A DNA stretch of 64,000 nt from Octopus vulgaris (Eukaryota): assembly GCA_951406725.2 (NCBI GenBank), contig OX597821.1, positions 68,820,001 to 68,884,000 of the forward strand. Reading direction: 5' to 3'. The notes under the pieces were generated by a model. The model had not been told where the DNA came from and made no database searches. It saw nothing but the letters and a program-made list of their open reading frames with translations. The position numbers and the translations under genes were made by a program. This document shows, piece after piece, positions 39,164 to 52,782 of this stretch (position 1 is its first letter; each line of letters opens with the position of its first letter).

Positions 39164-41494
39164 GTAAGTAAAACATTGTTCTGTTTGTATTACTAGCAAG
39201 CTCACTTGCTATACTGCACTGGGGAAAACATCAAATTTTTTTTGCTTCTTTCAATAGGTTGCATAAAGACAACTAACAATAACTAATCGGTGAACTTTAA
39301 AAATCCTCTCAAACATATTATATGAAACTTTATTTTGCTTCATAGTTATTTTTAAAACTTGCAAATCTTATGTTATAAAAGACATGTGGAAAGGGAAGAG
39401 AAAAAATTGTTGTTGAGAAAGAAATACAGTGTGTGTGAAAGATAGCTAGATAGTGTTGTCACCATAATAAGTTTTGATTAAAATGCTGGAATTTTAAGTG
39501 CGAGTCTATCAACACAATGCAACACAGACTTTGAAAAATGACTTTCACTGTATAATAGTCCATTGGCTGTACTGCACAGATTTTAGAAAAAGTCTTTCTC
39601 TTTGGACAGTTTATGAAGGTACACACATGATTTTTACTGATACTGGTAGTGATGGATAATGACCTAGTTTAATCATAAAATATATATTCATACAACTGAC
39701 CACCCCTCTCTAAAACTACTGGCTTTATGCCAAAATTTGAAACCATTATTATTACTATCATCTTAATACAATTTATTGTGATATTATCGAGTCTGTAAGA
39801 GGGACACCTGCTCCAACACATCATGAATATGCATGTAGGTAGGTATATATAAATTGTATTATGTAATAGAGATTTATACAGGGTCAAGTGGTCACCAACT
39901 GATTAGGGTTCACTAAAATCCATGTAGTGTAATGGACAGAGACATCAACAGGACTTTTCATTTAGTATGTTAGGATATATTAAAAAGGAATTCCATTCAG
40001 TATATGTTTACTAAACTTCACTTACAAGGCATTGGTCAGCCTAAGATGGAGGATCTTTTGTCTTGTGAATTACTTGGTGACCTCACTGGTGTTGGTGCCA
40101 CATAGAAGGCTTATGTATGGCACCTTGCATATCTTGTTCTGTAACCCCAGATTGACCAATCACTAGTGAATGAAATTTGGTTGGCAAAACCTGCATGGAA
40201 CCCCATGTGTGATTTGTGTGTTTTCACACTTCTCCACTTTAATTCCATTTTGCAGCAATAATGTTTGTAACTCTCATGAATTAAATAAAACCTTTAACAA
40301 CAGCCTGACATGCAAGTATGTGATGTGAAATATCTTACTTGAAAACAAGTTGGCATCAAGAGAGACATCTGATTGTAGAATTCTGCTTCAAGAAGTCTTG
40401 TCTAACTTGTAACCAGTATGGAAAAAGTGGACATAGGCATAAAACTGAAGATGATGAACTTTATCTTTCGAGATGTAAAAATTTATCTTCTGGTGTTTAC
40501 ATTTACACTGTATTTTAATCTGTTTGAACTTTGGTCATGTACGTGTATCCAAGCTAGTCTCAAACCTGGAGCCTTTCTTGTAATAACATCTGTTGTACTT
40601 TCCAATTCAGGTAGCCATGTAATTTCCTCTATTGCAAGAGACATTTCTAACCTTTATCATTGGCATCTAATGTTCATTTTCCATGCTGCCATGGGTTGGA
40701 CAGTTTGAGAGGAGTTGACTAGCTGAAGTGCTGTTCAGGCTCCATGTCTGTTTTGACATGGTTTCTATGGTTGAATGCCCTTCCTATTATGCTTTAATCA
40801 GTCATCAGTTGGCACAAAGCCAGCTCCCTCAATACTACTTGCCCATACACTCAGATGGCGGATCTTTTGTCTTGTGAGTTACTTGGTGACCTCACTGGTG
40901 TTGGTGCCACATAGCTAAGTAACAACACCAAAGCAGGTGGTGGAGCGTGGCACAATTCTCTAGCTCTCTACCTCCTCTTGAACTGTCCAACCCTTGCCAG
41001 CATGGAAAACGGATGTTAAATAGTGATGATGTTCTAATAACACGTGCATCCACCCAAGGACATGCATTTTGATGGAGAGTAACATCAATTACATAATGAT
41101 CCTTGTAATTGAACATTTTTGCCAACCATGGAAAGTTGCACGATAAAGTTAACTGTGGCAAGATGCAATCTCAGGACATAAAAGTGATGTGACTAAATAC
41201 CACAAGGTATTTATCTCATACTCTGCTGATTGCCAAATATTGATGAAAATTAACTGCTTTAGCAAAGAGGAGTAACCACTTGGTTTTAACAACAGCATAC
41301 AATTTGATGTAATTATTATTTTGAAAGTACATGTTTAATTTAGTCGTATATAGGTGCAGGCTTGGCTGTGTGGTTCAGGTTCATTCCCTCTGTGCAACAC
41401 CTTGGGCAAGTTTCTTCTATTATTGCCCCTGGCCAACCATTGTTTTGCAAGTGAATTTGAATTTAGTTGACAGAAACTATGCAGAAGCCCATCA

Positions 41495-42262
41495 TTCTTC
41501 ATCATACGTCCGCTTTCCATGTTGGCATGGGTTGGACGTTTTGATTGAGGGCTGGTGAGCCAGAAGGCTGCACCAGTCTCCAATCTGATCTGGCAAAGTT
41601 TCTATAGCTGGATGCCCTTCCTAACCCCAACCACTCCGAGGGTGTAGTGGGTGCTTTTACGTGCCACTAGCACGAGGGGCAGCCAAGTAGTACTGGCATC
41701 AACCACGCTCAAATGGTGCCTTTTATGTGCCACCTGCGCAGGAGCCCTGGTAACAATCACACTTGAATGGTGCTTTTAATGTTCAACTGGCACAGGTGAC
41801 AATCAGGCGGTATTGTCATTGGCCCCAACAGTGATTTCACTTGCCTCAACGAGTCTTTGCAAGCATAGTTTATTGTCCAATGATTGAAGAGTACTCTTAA
41901 ATGAGCAGGTTATACAGCATTGGCATAGGCCATGGTTATAGTCTCACATGGATTGCTGGGTCTTCTCAAGCACAGCATATCTCCAAAGGTCTCGGTCACT
42001 TGTCATTGCCTTGGTGAGGCCCAATGTTTGATGGTCGTGCTTCACCACCTCATCCCAGGTCTTCCTGGGTCTACCTCTTCCACAGGTTCCCTCAGCTGCT
42101 AGGGTGTGACATTTTTTCACACAGCTGTCTTCATCCATTCACAACACATGACCATACCAGCGCAGTTGTCTCTCTTACACACCACATCTGACGCTTCTTA
42201 AGTCCAACTTTTCTCTCAGGGCACTTACACTCTGTCGTATATGCACACTGACATTACACATC
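41495..42262 (-). mobile_element. 5'-truncated RTE-clade LINE 3' end (ORF C-terminus + 3'UTR + (GAT)n tail)
   Basis: ...EGTCGRGRPRKTWDEVV...MTSDRDLWRYAV is a typical RTE C-terminus. The 3'UTR motif GGAAGGGCATCCAGCT recurs at about 20105-20300, 24440-24750, 33895-34600, 37092-37630, 57725-58172, 61872-62190. Confidence 0.85.
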
Positions 42263-44415
42263 ATAATGGAAGAAGTTTAGGCTCATGTTCTTTCACAAAT
42301 GCAGCCAAGTCTGTGATGTCATAATTTGTCTCTCGACGTTAAATCACTAATTAGATGGTTTGTTTTTGGCAGTTCAGGACCAGACTCTTCCAAATAAAAC
42401 CTTATTTAAATTTAAAACCAAATGATAAAACAATTTAATTTATTAAAAGATTTCATCTACACTTTTCCTCACTGACCTTCTCTTCTGATTTCTGTATTAT
42501 TTTGCCTGTGTAACTCTTGTTGGTAGTATCTAGTAAATCTGTACCATCAACCACCCTTCTGTTCACACTCTCTTCTACTCACCTCAAACATGTTATCTTG
42601 AGTACATGTACACATCATAAAATGTGGCAAGGACCTTGCCTTACTTGTTATAAGACAAACTCACAAGTGCTGTTGCTGCGATAAAATGCACTCAATATGC
42701 TATGTAAAGTTCTTGCTGATTGAGCAGAGTAAATGACCTTTTAGCACCTTTTAGTTTTTATCAAAAGCATGGCACCCTTTCTGGTGCTGGTGCCACAATA
42801 ATTCAGAAGAAGGGCATCCATCCAGCTGTAGAAACCAAGCCAAAAGTATTACAGGTCATTTGTGGATCCATCTAGGAAAGCAGTAACTCTGAATAAATAC
42901 TGACTTGGACCCTAGCGAACTGTCTAACCCATGCTAGCATGGAAAATTGACCTAAAGTGATGGTGATTATCCTTCTACATTATTCTCAGGCTCAGCAGAC
43001 CTGGAATTTGAGGTATGATTACTAAAATCTTGTTGCACCTTAATCATGTGATAACTCATGCAAGGAAAATACCTGCTGCTTGCTGATCACAAAATGAGAT
43101 TGTACACCTCCTTATAAAACTGCATTTTATTGGTTTATATATTTAGTTGCCAAGCAAATTTCTTATATTATTAAGAATTGTGTTACAATTTGTTAATGAT
43201 AATGAGTATATTATGTTATTTACATAAAGTAGCAAGCTGGCAGAATTGTTAGCACATCAGGCAAAATGCTTAGCAATATTTCATCTATTGCTACGTTCTG
43301 GATTGAAATTCTGCCATGGTCAACTTTGCCTTTCATCCTTTCGGGGTCAATAAATGAAGTACCAGTTACATACTAGAGTCGATGTAATCAACTGCTCCTC
43401 CTCCCCCAAAATTTCGAGCCTTGTGCCTTGAGTAGAAAAGAATAAATTGTGTATCAATGTGATCGATTTATCCCTTTCCACCAATTTTCAGGCCTTGTGT
43501 CTATAGTAGAAAGGGTTATGTCATTTACATGATCTCTCCCACACACACACTTCTGGAAATGTTGTATTATGTGACTTAACAATGTTCAGTTCTGAAGACA
43601 AATTTGAATGTTTTCCTTTCAGGATAGTGAAAATTCTGAGAGAAAATATTTATTTGACTACAGACAAGACAGAGCTATTTTTGATGCTTGTAGTAGTAAA
43701 ATTCAAGAGAGAAGCATTTGTGTAAATGAACGGACCATAAATATCACCGAGTTTTCAAGACAACAAAAAAATTAGATGACAGAAAAAGACTTCTTAAATA
43801 TACTTTGCCCTTTTGTGTGTCACTTGATGAAAATATGCATTTGGCCAAGTAATAAGGAATAGGGAACTTGTAAAAATTATCCAGAACAGTATAAGCAATA
43901 TGAGGTACCTTTCCCACCTTCATTAAGATTTTTTTATTTTGTTATTTATTTATATATACTGGTGGTTCTTTTTTCCTAGTAAACATTTTTACAGCAGTTA
44001 TTTTGTATTTATTGCTGAAATTTTATAGTAATTGTTAGCATTGAGAAATGATTATCTACAAGTTTTGTAAATTTGCAGATGCTTTAAAAATCTGAAATGG
44101 TATATTCTGTTATAAGGGCCTAAGAGATTGGCCGAGGTGAAAATAAGTCCTAAATCTTAAAGGGTTAAATATGTGAGTTTGATAAATTTATTATCAACAA
44201 ATCTGTCTTTGTGATTGGTAGTTTAACTAAATTGAAAAAAGTAACTTAAAACACCTCTTGCTCCTTCATGCTGAGCCTTGGATCACCACCATTCACACGT
44301 CCAATTTCCCATGCTTGCATGGGTTAGATGGAGAGACCAGTTATCAAAAATATGTTGATGAATATGAAAAATAATTTATGCCTCAGTTGAATTATTGGAT
44401 TGCTTGTATTTGCAG

Positions 44416-44600
44416 CATTCCGCAGAGAACAACAAGGAAAGAAGGAAGCCTCTGAGAAGAGGAGGAAAGCTAAAGAGGAGACTATTGTGATAGATGATGA
44501 AGAGGAAGGTGATGAGAATGAGGATGAAGAAGAAGATGGAAGTATGGAGGAAGAAGAACTGGACTCTAAAGATGAAGACTATATTGAAACAGATGATGAG
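44416..44600 (+). CDS. POLE3: POLE3 coding exon 4 (FRREQQGKKEASEKRRKAKEE + acidic tail)
   Basis: TGCAG acceptor, phase 1. Basic patch then an Asp/Glu tail typical of POLE3. GAG|GTAAG donor at 44600/44601; unspliced read-through stops at 44624. Confidence 0.93.
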
Positions 44601-44829
44601 GTAAGATTTATTGTTGGAAAATGACCTTGATTTAGGATTGGATTAGGTATTTGATCTGATGGATATCTATGCCAAGAATCTTTTGCCACATGTAGGGCAT
44701 GCATGGAAAGATGCAGCGCTTGAGATAATTGTAGTTCTAGTTTTGCAAGGTGAACAATACTTCTCAAAAGTAGTTTTAGTACCAGAGTGATCCATGCTGC
44801 ATTAGTTGCTGGTTTTGAACAAAAAACAA

Positions 44830-45310
44830 CTGTAAGTTGTCAGTGACAGTGTTGAGGTCTTTCAGAGATTCTTTTAGGCAGGCCTTGGATGTTTTCCTTT
44901 ACCCCACCAACTTTGTGCTTTCCTTGATAGTTCATCATAAAGGAGCTGCTTTTGGGATGTTACAGTCTGGCATGTGACTGACCTACCCAGCTCATCTCAC
45001 CTGGGAATTCTGCCAAAATGTGTACAAGCTTGGGAGATCAGCTCATTGAGATGCTTGTGTTGTGGATCCTCTCTTGCCAACAGATTTACCAGATGCTGTG
45101 AAGCCAGTTTGTGTAGAAAAGGCTCAGATGTTTTACGTGTTTCCTACAGACTATCCAGGGCTCAAAAACATATAAGAGGGTTAAGAGATCTTCAGCATGG
45201 TGGCGAGGTTGATTCCTCTGTCCTTCCATACATTTTTTTTTTTTTGCCTCCTGCAGAAGTCAGTCCTGGATTTGGGAGATCTTACTGTTGACCTCTTCAT
45301 TGATGTTTAC
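44830..45310 (-). mobile_element. Old RTE-like LINE fragment in the last POLE3 intron
   Basis: Minus-strand degenerate translation resembles RTE post-RT motifs (WKDRGI..TML.., CWQERIHN). Confidence 0.55.
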
Positions 45311-45840
45311 CCAGAGAATTCATAATTGAATTAGCTGAGGTGGTTAGATTTTTCTCTCTCTCACTTGCAGACTACAATGACTCATAAATAGTTGTATAAA
45401 CCAAAATGCATGGTAATAGTACCACTGCTTTCTTCAGGACTAAGCACAATACTATCGATATTTGTATTAATAAGCTTTTGAACCCAAGTGGATCATGGAC
45501 TTGACTTGGTGGCCTGTTCCTGTTTGTTGACTTGATCAAGACTTAGACTCTTTTTAAAAAAATAACTCAAACAATTAAAAATAAAATAACTGGTAAACTT
45601 TTATTATTATTGATAATAGAATTTATTTTCTGAACATTTTAAAGAAGTCAATTACAAAGTTTTTCCTAAGATTATTCTCTTGAATGATTCTTAATATCTG
45701 TAGAAATGAAAGACGTCAGGTGGAAAGCCATTTCTGTTAACTGCTACCTGAGAAGAAAACTGACTAAGACAATGTATAGATGTAACGAACATCCTTTGGA
45801 ATACATTTTTCCTCAAGTAAATGTTCTTTTTTTTTCATAG

Positions 45841-45855
45841 GAGGCTCTTGGTTGA
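45841..45855 (+). CDS. POLE3: Probable POLE3 terminal coding exon (EALG*) followed by 3'UTR
   Basis: Strong T-rich tract plus CATAG acceptor ending 45840, in-frame TGA, downstream AATAAA at 46132 and 46144. An alternative acceptor at 45370 is also possible. Confidence 0.55.
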   Translation, partial: EALG

Positions 45856-46903
45856 AAAAACTGCTGATGCTGTGGGAACCATGTTTTTACTACAGAAGAG
45901 CCTGTTCTGACTGTAAATTAGCTGAAGGAGTATTGAGGAGAGAAGCTGAGAACTGTGACCGCCTTTAACGAGAACAGTTATTGTATGTGTACATATATTA
46001 TATATAAGTAGAAGCCATTTGATGGACTTGCTCGCCCTGTTGGTTGCCAAGATTGGCAGAGAGACCTGATCATTCAAAAGATGCTAGTGCACTCACTAGC
46101 ATGCATCATTTTCATAAGGAACAACTTTTTGAATAAATGAATTAATAAATTAATCATTTTTTTTATTTAGTTTGAGTTATTTAATTACATTTCAACTAAC
46201 TGTTTGATATATTTGCTGCATTTATTAGAAAAATTTTCTGGAAAGTTGTATTTCAAAATGAATTATCACAGATTATTTGATTTCTCAATATTGTTGTTTT
46301 TGAAAGTTATCAAAGCAAGTTCGTAGAAGATATATGTGAAATACAATGTAGTGGATAAAAATGTAAACAAACAGCTGGAAAAAAGGCACATAACACATGC
46401 AAAAAAATAAACACCAGTGTACCAATGTTGCATTCTTTCCAATTGTCATACTGCAGCTATTTCAAGTTCTGGCAGCTATTTATAACAATTGGTTTAATAA
46501 TGTGACCAAAGTCATATTTAAACATGGAAGGAAATTCCAGCCAGGTTCAAACTTTTGGTAGAACGAGTATTTTTCAGATTTTGTATTTGAAATTCTAATA
46601 TTTAATTTAATTTTTAAAAAAAGTTCCCATTAACTGAATAAGATATAAATACACATAATATATTTTTATATATATAATGGAATTATGGCAAAAGTAATTT
46701 GGAAGAAATGTCAAAACATGACAGTTACTAGGATTATGAAGAATATAAGATGGCTAGCAGCAATAACTTTTCAGTAAAGCAGAAGCGAGTGCAATATCAA
46801 GAAAGGTTATATTCCCAATTTAGCCATATTTGTACAGTAGCTGAAATGGGGCTGGATATGATATAATGTTTTGGATGATGATTAACAAGAAAATTGGCAG
46901 TGA

Positions 46904-47029
46904 TCAGCTCTGTTGCTGTACTTGGATTTTCTGTAAAATGTGTGATCGGCAGAGAGGACAGACCTCTAGATCAACGGCACATTCGGTACAACAACAAACA
47001 TGGCCGCAGTTGAGGAAAATGATGTTAGT
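46904..47029 (-). CDS. LRSAM1: LRSAM1 last coding exon, C3HC4 RING (TNIIFLNCGHVCCCTECAVDLEVCPLCRSHILQKIQVQQQS*)
   Basis: 126 nt. FLNCGHVCCC..C.....CPLCR RING as in LRSAM1; TGA at 46906-46904. Confidence 0.96.
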   Translation of the reverse strand, partial: TNIIFLNCGHVCCCTECAVDLEVCPLCRSHILQKIQVQQQS

Positions 47030-49720
47030 CTGAAAAAGAAAAAAATATATATTTTACTCTAAATCACCAACATATATGTAAAAGAAAAAAAGACAGTGAT
47101 AAAGCAACTTATGAGAAATTTGGAGAAAATTATTCATTATTTTAGCTTTATCAAGCATAAATTTTTAATTTTTTTTTTTTTGTGAATTCTCATGACTCTG
47201 TCGCCATCCAATTCTATTACTATGAATTTGAGTTATAGTGAATCTTTCATGAGCTGATTACACACAATCACGGATGCCACCCTTATGGATGCATTGCAGA
47301 TACTCTTGACATGGCTTTGTGATCTAAGATTCCTTTACTCAGCATCAATGTAAGAAGCACCATTGGCTCAGCTGAGCTCTTCCACTACCTCTTCACAATC
47401 TGCCACGCTGCACTCCCATGACTATGCCATTTCCCTGGCAGGGTGGATGTATGAGTGCTGTGCCTTGCTAGAGGTCTGTCACCTGCAAACCCAGTCAGGC
47501 AGTGTACACTTTCCATGTTGGCATGGGTTGGCTGAGGACTGGCAAGCCAGAAGGCTGTACAAGGCTCCAATCTGATCTGGCAAGGTTTCTACAACTGAAT
47601 GTCTTTCCTAACACCAACCACTCCGAGAGTGTAGTGGGTGCTTTTTACATGCCACAAAACTTTTTAAATTGTTTAACAGGCTGCCATGATTCAAGAAGCT
47701 TGCGATCGGGGCAAGCAAATATCCAAGTGATCTTTGTCAGCAACCAAAGTTTTAAGGGTTTGATATGATTTATAACTTCTGCATTCTGACAGCTTTTGCC
47801 TTTACAGTCAAGACTGCTACATCAATGTGTTCTGTAATGCATAAGTCTAACAAGATATTTGTTAGTGACTTCAACACAGTCAATGAGAGTGCATTCAGTA
47901 AACTCTAAAGCATTTATTGACATACAGGCACAGTAGTGGTTAAGAAGTGCAGTTCCCAACCACATGGTTCCAGGTTCAGTTCCACTGTGGGGCACATTGG
48001 GCAAGTGTCTTCTACAATAGCCTCTGGCTGACCAAGGCTTTAAGAGTGAATTAGGCAGACAGAAACTGAAAGAAGTTTGTTTCCCACTGCTACTTAACAA
48101 CTGTTGTTTTGCTTATGTCCCTCTAACTTAACAGTTGGGCCATAGATACAAATGGAATATGTACTAGACTTTAAAAAAAGTACTGGAGTTGATTTGTTTA
48201 ATTAAACACCTTCAAGACAGTACTACAGCATGGACACAGTCCAATACTTAAAACGAGTATAGGAATTTCCAACAAAGCAATTCATCAACCTACATATTCT
48301 GTCAGGATCAGAAGTTTGTTTTCACCTACCAAAGTTATATTTACTGTGTCCACCTTAATCATCTAGCACACTCTAACGCAATTAGCTACCCGTCCACCTT
48401 GTCTGTTCCTCTATCCTTATTCTCTCTCTCTCATGCACTTTGTACCTTGAGGGTTTGCTCTCACCATCTCTCTTTCCAGCACAAGAAGCCATAAGACACC
48501 TGTTCCTGTCCCTCTATCATACTGTCACATTCTTCAATGTCAAACTCCATTCAGTTTAGGGGTCTAATATTTTTTTTATTTGCCCATTTTGGCTTCCCCA
48601 CTTCTTTGTGTGTTGCAGAAGCATGAATGGTTTTGATTCCATTCACTATTATCCTGGATATCTCAAGTATAAAAATTAGAAATAGAATAAAGAAATTCCT
48701 GCATAAGGAACAGTTGTTAGATGTAGATTCCTTTGAAAATGTTTAGACTCTGAAGGGAATTATGATCAAAGACGCTCTATTTATAATCATATGAAGTATT
48801 TTTCTGAGTCTATCTAGGATTAGATTATCTAATATATGTCTTTCCTTGAAATAACTGGATATGATTGGAATGAAATTTGTCTGGTACAGAGGATCCTTTC
48901 ATTGACTGAGAGTAATTACATGCACTGGTGTCAACTGACAATAACCTTACTCCCTCTTCACATGCTTGAGGAATCAATCCCTGAACCATGTTTCTGCTAT
49001 AGTGGGAATAGGTTAGCATCATTGCTGCTAGATTCTTGGTAAGGCAGTAATGGAGAAATGTGTAGAAAAAAAAGATGCAGCTAATTCTGTCCTTAGTTTG
49101 CCTGCAATCGTTATTCTTGAGCTGTATATGCAACTATTTTTATGCTAAGGAGCCCAGGTTGAAGGTAACATTAGATACAAGGGCTCAGGTTTGAGATGGT
49201 TATTTAAAAAGTTGGAAATCATCCTAATGCATTTGATATTGGCCCATCTGAGAGTACCTCTGCTCTCAGATACATACTTGTTTTAAAATGATTTAAATTA
49301 AAACCAATCGAAATGCTATTTTAACCCTGTCATGCCATGTTACCACTAAGGCATGAATAGGGTAAATGTCATCACTGCTGGATTCCTGGTAAAGCGGTAA
49401 TACAGAGACATGGGCTCAAATCTGAGGGTTAAATTTAAAAGGTAGTTGGAAGAGAGGAAATAATATTTTTACACTATAAAGTGGTTGGCATTAGGAGAGG
49501 CAGCCAGCTGTAGAAGCTATGCCAAAGCAGACACTGGAGTGCAATGCAGTCCTTGGACCCATAGGATCCTGTGAAACCTATGCCAACATTAAATTATGAT
49601 GATGTTGCTTCAAACAGAAGATTCACAAAGATATTTTTTTTTTTGTTTTTAAACCTCAATTGAAAATTTTGTGAAACATTCTCTCTGAGTATCAACACTT
49701 GAACTAAACCAGAGACTTAC

Positions 49721-49870
49721 TGTTCGGTCAAGACATATAGAACATTCTGAATAGAGTCCACGAGCTGTAACAATTGGTTGGGTACTAGATGTCGGGTTCT
49801 CTACAGATGATGATGGCTCGATAGCAGGAGCACTGGGCAGAGGTCGTACTGCTTCACCCGTGCAAACGTC
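49721..49870 (-). CDS. LRSAM1: LRSAM1 exon with PSAP motif and RING start (DVCTGEAVRPLPSAPAIEPSSSVENPTSSTQPIVTARGLYSECSICLDRT)
   Basis: 150 nt, phase 0-0. P(S/T)AP TSG101-binding motif and the first CxxC of the RING. Confidence 0.93.
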
Positions 49871-52692
49871 CTGAAAATAGAAAATAAATGTTTTAAATGT
49901 TGCCAGTAAGCAAGCGGTATCTATCTATTTCAAAGGGCAATTCAGAAGTTGTTATAGCTGATCAAATCAAGTGTTATTCACATTACAATTTAGCATTCCA
50001 TCAAACAAAAATTATTCACATTGAAAAAAGAAAAATAAACCTAGAATAAGGGAAAACTGAAACATGTCCAAAAGCTGTTAATGTGTTGGATTAAGTTTCC
50101 CCCACTTCACTGTGTGCTTATTTCCAATTTTGCTCTTGCTTTGATTACTGTTTTCTCCATCACACTAGTGTTTTATTCACCCAGCAGGTCATGCTTATTT
50201 TGAACAAACAGGCAATGCAGAGTAGAGAAGACTCTTTAGTCTTGCAGAAGACAAGTTAAATTCACCAGTGCTGGTGCTACAAAATGCACTCAACACTCTG
50301 TGAATGGTGTCCAGCCATAGAAACCACGTCAAAATGGAATATCCAAGTAAGACATGTTTGCCTGATATGTCTATGAGGACAGTAACTCCACAAAGAACTG
50401 ACTTAAGATTGTGATGACTCCTGCAACCAGTACCAGCACTGGGAAATAGACATAAGATTGTGTTGATGATTTCAGTATAAGTCAACATTCAGCCTATCTT
50501 GGTTTCTATTTTTTTTTAAATACACCCAGATATATCAGTTATTTTAAGTTTGAATTTTAAACCAAAAGCAAAGATGCTTAGTATGTACATATCTATTTTT
50601 TTCTTTCTTACTCATTACAAAAACCTTGGAGTTATCCACCCCTGCATCTGCTGAATAGATTCAAACATGGAACCACTGTATATTTTGATTCACAGTCTTA
50701 TATCAAAACATTGTGAATGAGAGATGTGAACTGCTACAATCAGTCAATAAGGTGTCTCATTTGAAATGACAGGGTCAGTGCATAAGTTGTGGAAAAGGAA
50801 TTAAAACAATGATAAATGATATAGTATTTATGCAACATCACCTTCTCTCCATGCTAGCTTGTTATGCATCCGTATAAATCTATTATAAACTATGTTCTAA
50901 ATACAAGAGTAAAATACTATTAACATACAATGCTAGAATTCTATTCCATAAATAAGCTTATAGATGTTTATTCCCAAGTCAAGCCTCATTAAATTGACCT
51001 AAGATTAAATACCCAGCTCTGTATCTAAGAGTACACTGTTTTTTTCACTTTTAAGATAACAGGAGGAAACTAGGCTACCATTTCAGCAAATCAAATGACT
51101 ATATAGTCTCATTCATTGGTTTGTAAGTTGTGAGCAGACACTGTAGGTGTAACACAAGCATTGATGACTTGCAAGCAACAGTTGTACAAATTTGTAGACG
51201 TTCTTGGTTTCACTTTCTAACAAATCTAGAGATGATGTAGAGACACTTTCATGGGCTCGACCATGTAGACACCCGATGAAAGACCATTGAACCACGACTA
51301 CCCTAATCAAAACTACATTGTCCTACATGTGGTTGGGCATTGTTGGTTATGACAACAGAACAGCCTGCTCATGCAAGTGACTGAGCACGTCACATATACG
51401 TATACCCTTAATGTAGTTCTCAGGGAAATTCAGCATGATAAGGACCACTGAACTATAGATACAACTCATTTTTGCCAGCTGAGTGGACTGGAACAACATG
51501 AAATGATTGTCTTGTTCAAGAACACAATGTACCACTGGGAATTGAATCTATGACCTTACAATCTTGAGCTGGATGCACAAACCACAATATATACTTTCTT
51601 CATTAAGACAGAACGGTATGACATGAGGGATATATGGTTGCTATTTCAATCAAATTGAGTGACCATGTAGAGGATTCTGAGGTTATCAGGTTCATTAATG
51701 TTAAAATAAAGATAGAAAATAAAAAAAAAGGAGTGATATTATGGATTTATAAAAGAATGGTGATATGAGGAGGAATATCTGGTAAAAGGGCAACACTGCT
51801 GAGATATCAAACAATTAACAAACAAATTGTGTGTGGCAGGGAAGAGTGAGAAAATCTACTTTAAATTAAAAATTAAGGTGCCATATAAAAGCGCCTGTAT
51901 GGCACCTTGTAAAAGCACTCAGCACACTCAGTAAAGTGGTTGGCATTAGGAAGGACATCCAGCTGTAGAAATCATGCCAAATCAGACTGGAGTATGGTGC
52001 AGCCACCCAGCTTGCCAGCTCTGGTCAAACTGTACAACCCATGCCAGCATGGACAACGGACGTTAAATAACTATGAAGATGATAATGATCTTATACTTCA
52101 CTTGGTCAGTCCTTTATATGGTTATTCAATTTGCTAGAAATAGCAGCTATATATCCTACAGTCATAATGTACATATTGAACACTGTAGTTTTTGGGTATA
52201 TAAAAGGCAGGATGGTCATGGTTGAAATGTCTATGATCATGTAGATATGAACACATGTCTAAATGATTATGGTCAATCTGAAGTTAACATATATAAGGTC
52301 AAATCAAAGACAGAATCTCTACATAGTCCCTTGACTTGTTAGAAACAGGGCCAAGAACATCTACCATGTTTTCCAGCATACAAATTGAATTTTTCAGGCC
52401 AAAATTTACAGCTAAAAAAGGCAGGGAAACTTACCACTAAAATGACTCTGGAGGGTTAGAAATTCCATGTGAAATGCAGTAGGATTTGGATAGATAGTGA
52501 CAATGTTTGCATGTTTACACTACATGTTTTACACTGTGCACTAGGTTCACTTGTATGTTGGAAAACACAGCATAAACTTGTAAAAGAAACTTCAACAAAG
52601 TATGGAAAATCTCCAACTTCAACAAACTGTCCTGAAGTCATGTGATCAGGAAATAAGAAAGAAATTATAAAATATGTCAAATTAGAACTTAC

Positions 52693-52782
52693 TGGTGGAA
52701 GCATGTCGACTTTTTTTGTTGATTGGTGTTCCTGCAGACGTACCATGATAGCACGCCGTACACCCAATTCATGAACACCCAT
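52693..52782 (-). CDS. LRSAM1: LRSAM1 SAM C-terminal exon (MGVHELGVRRAIMVRLQEHQSTKKVDMLPP)
   Basis: 90 nt, phase 0-0, SAM mGv...G.R..I motif. Confidence 0.93.
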
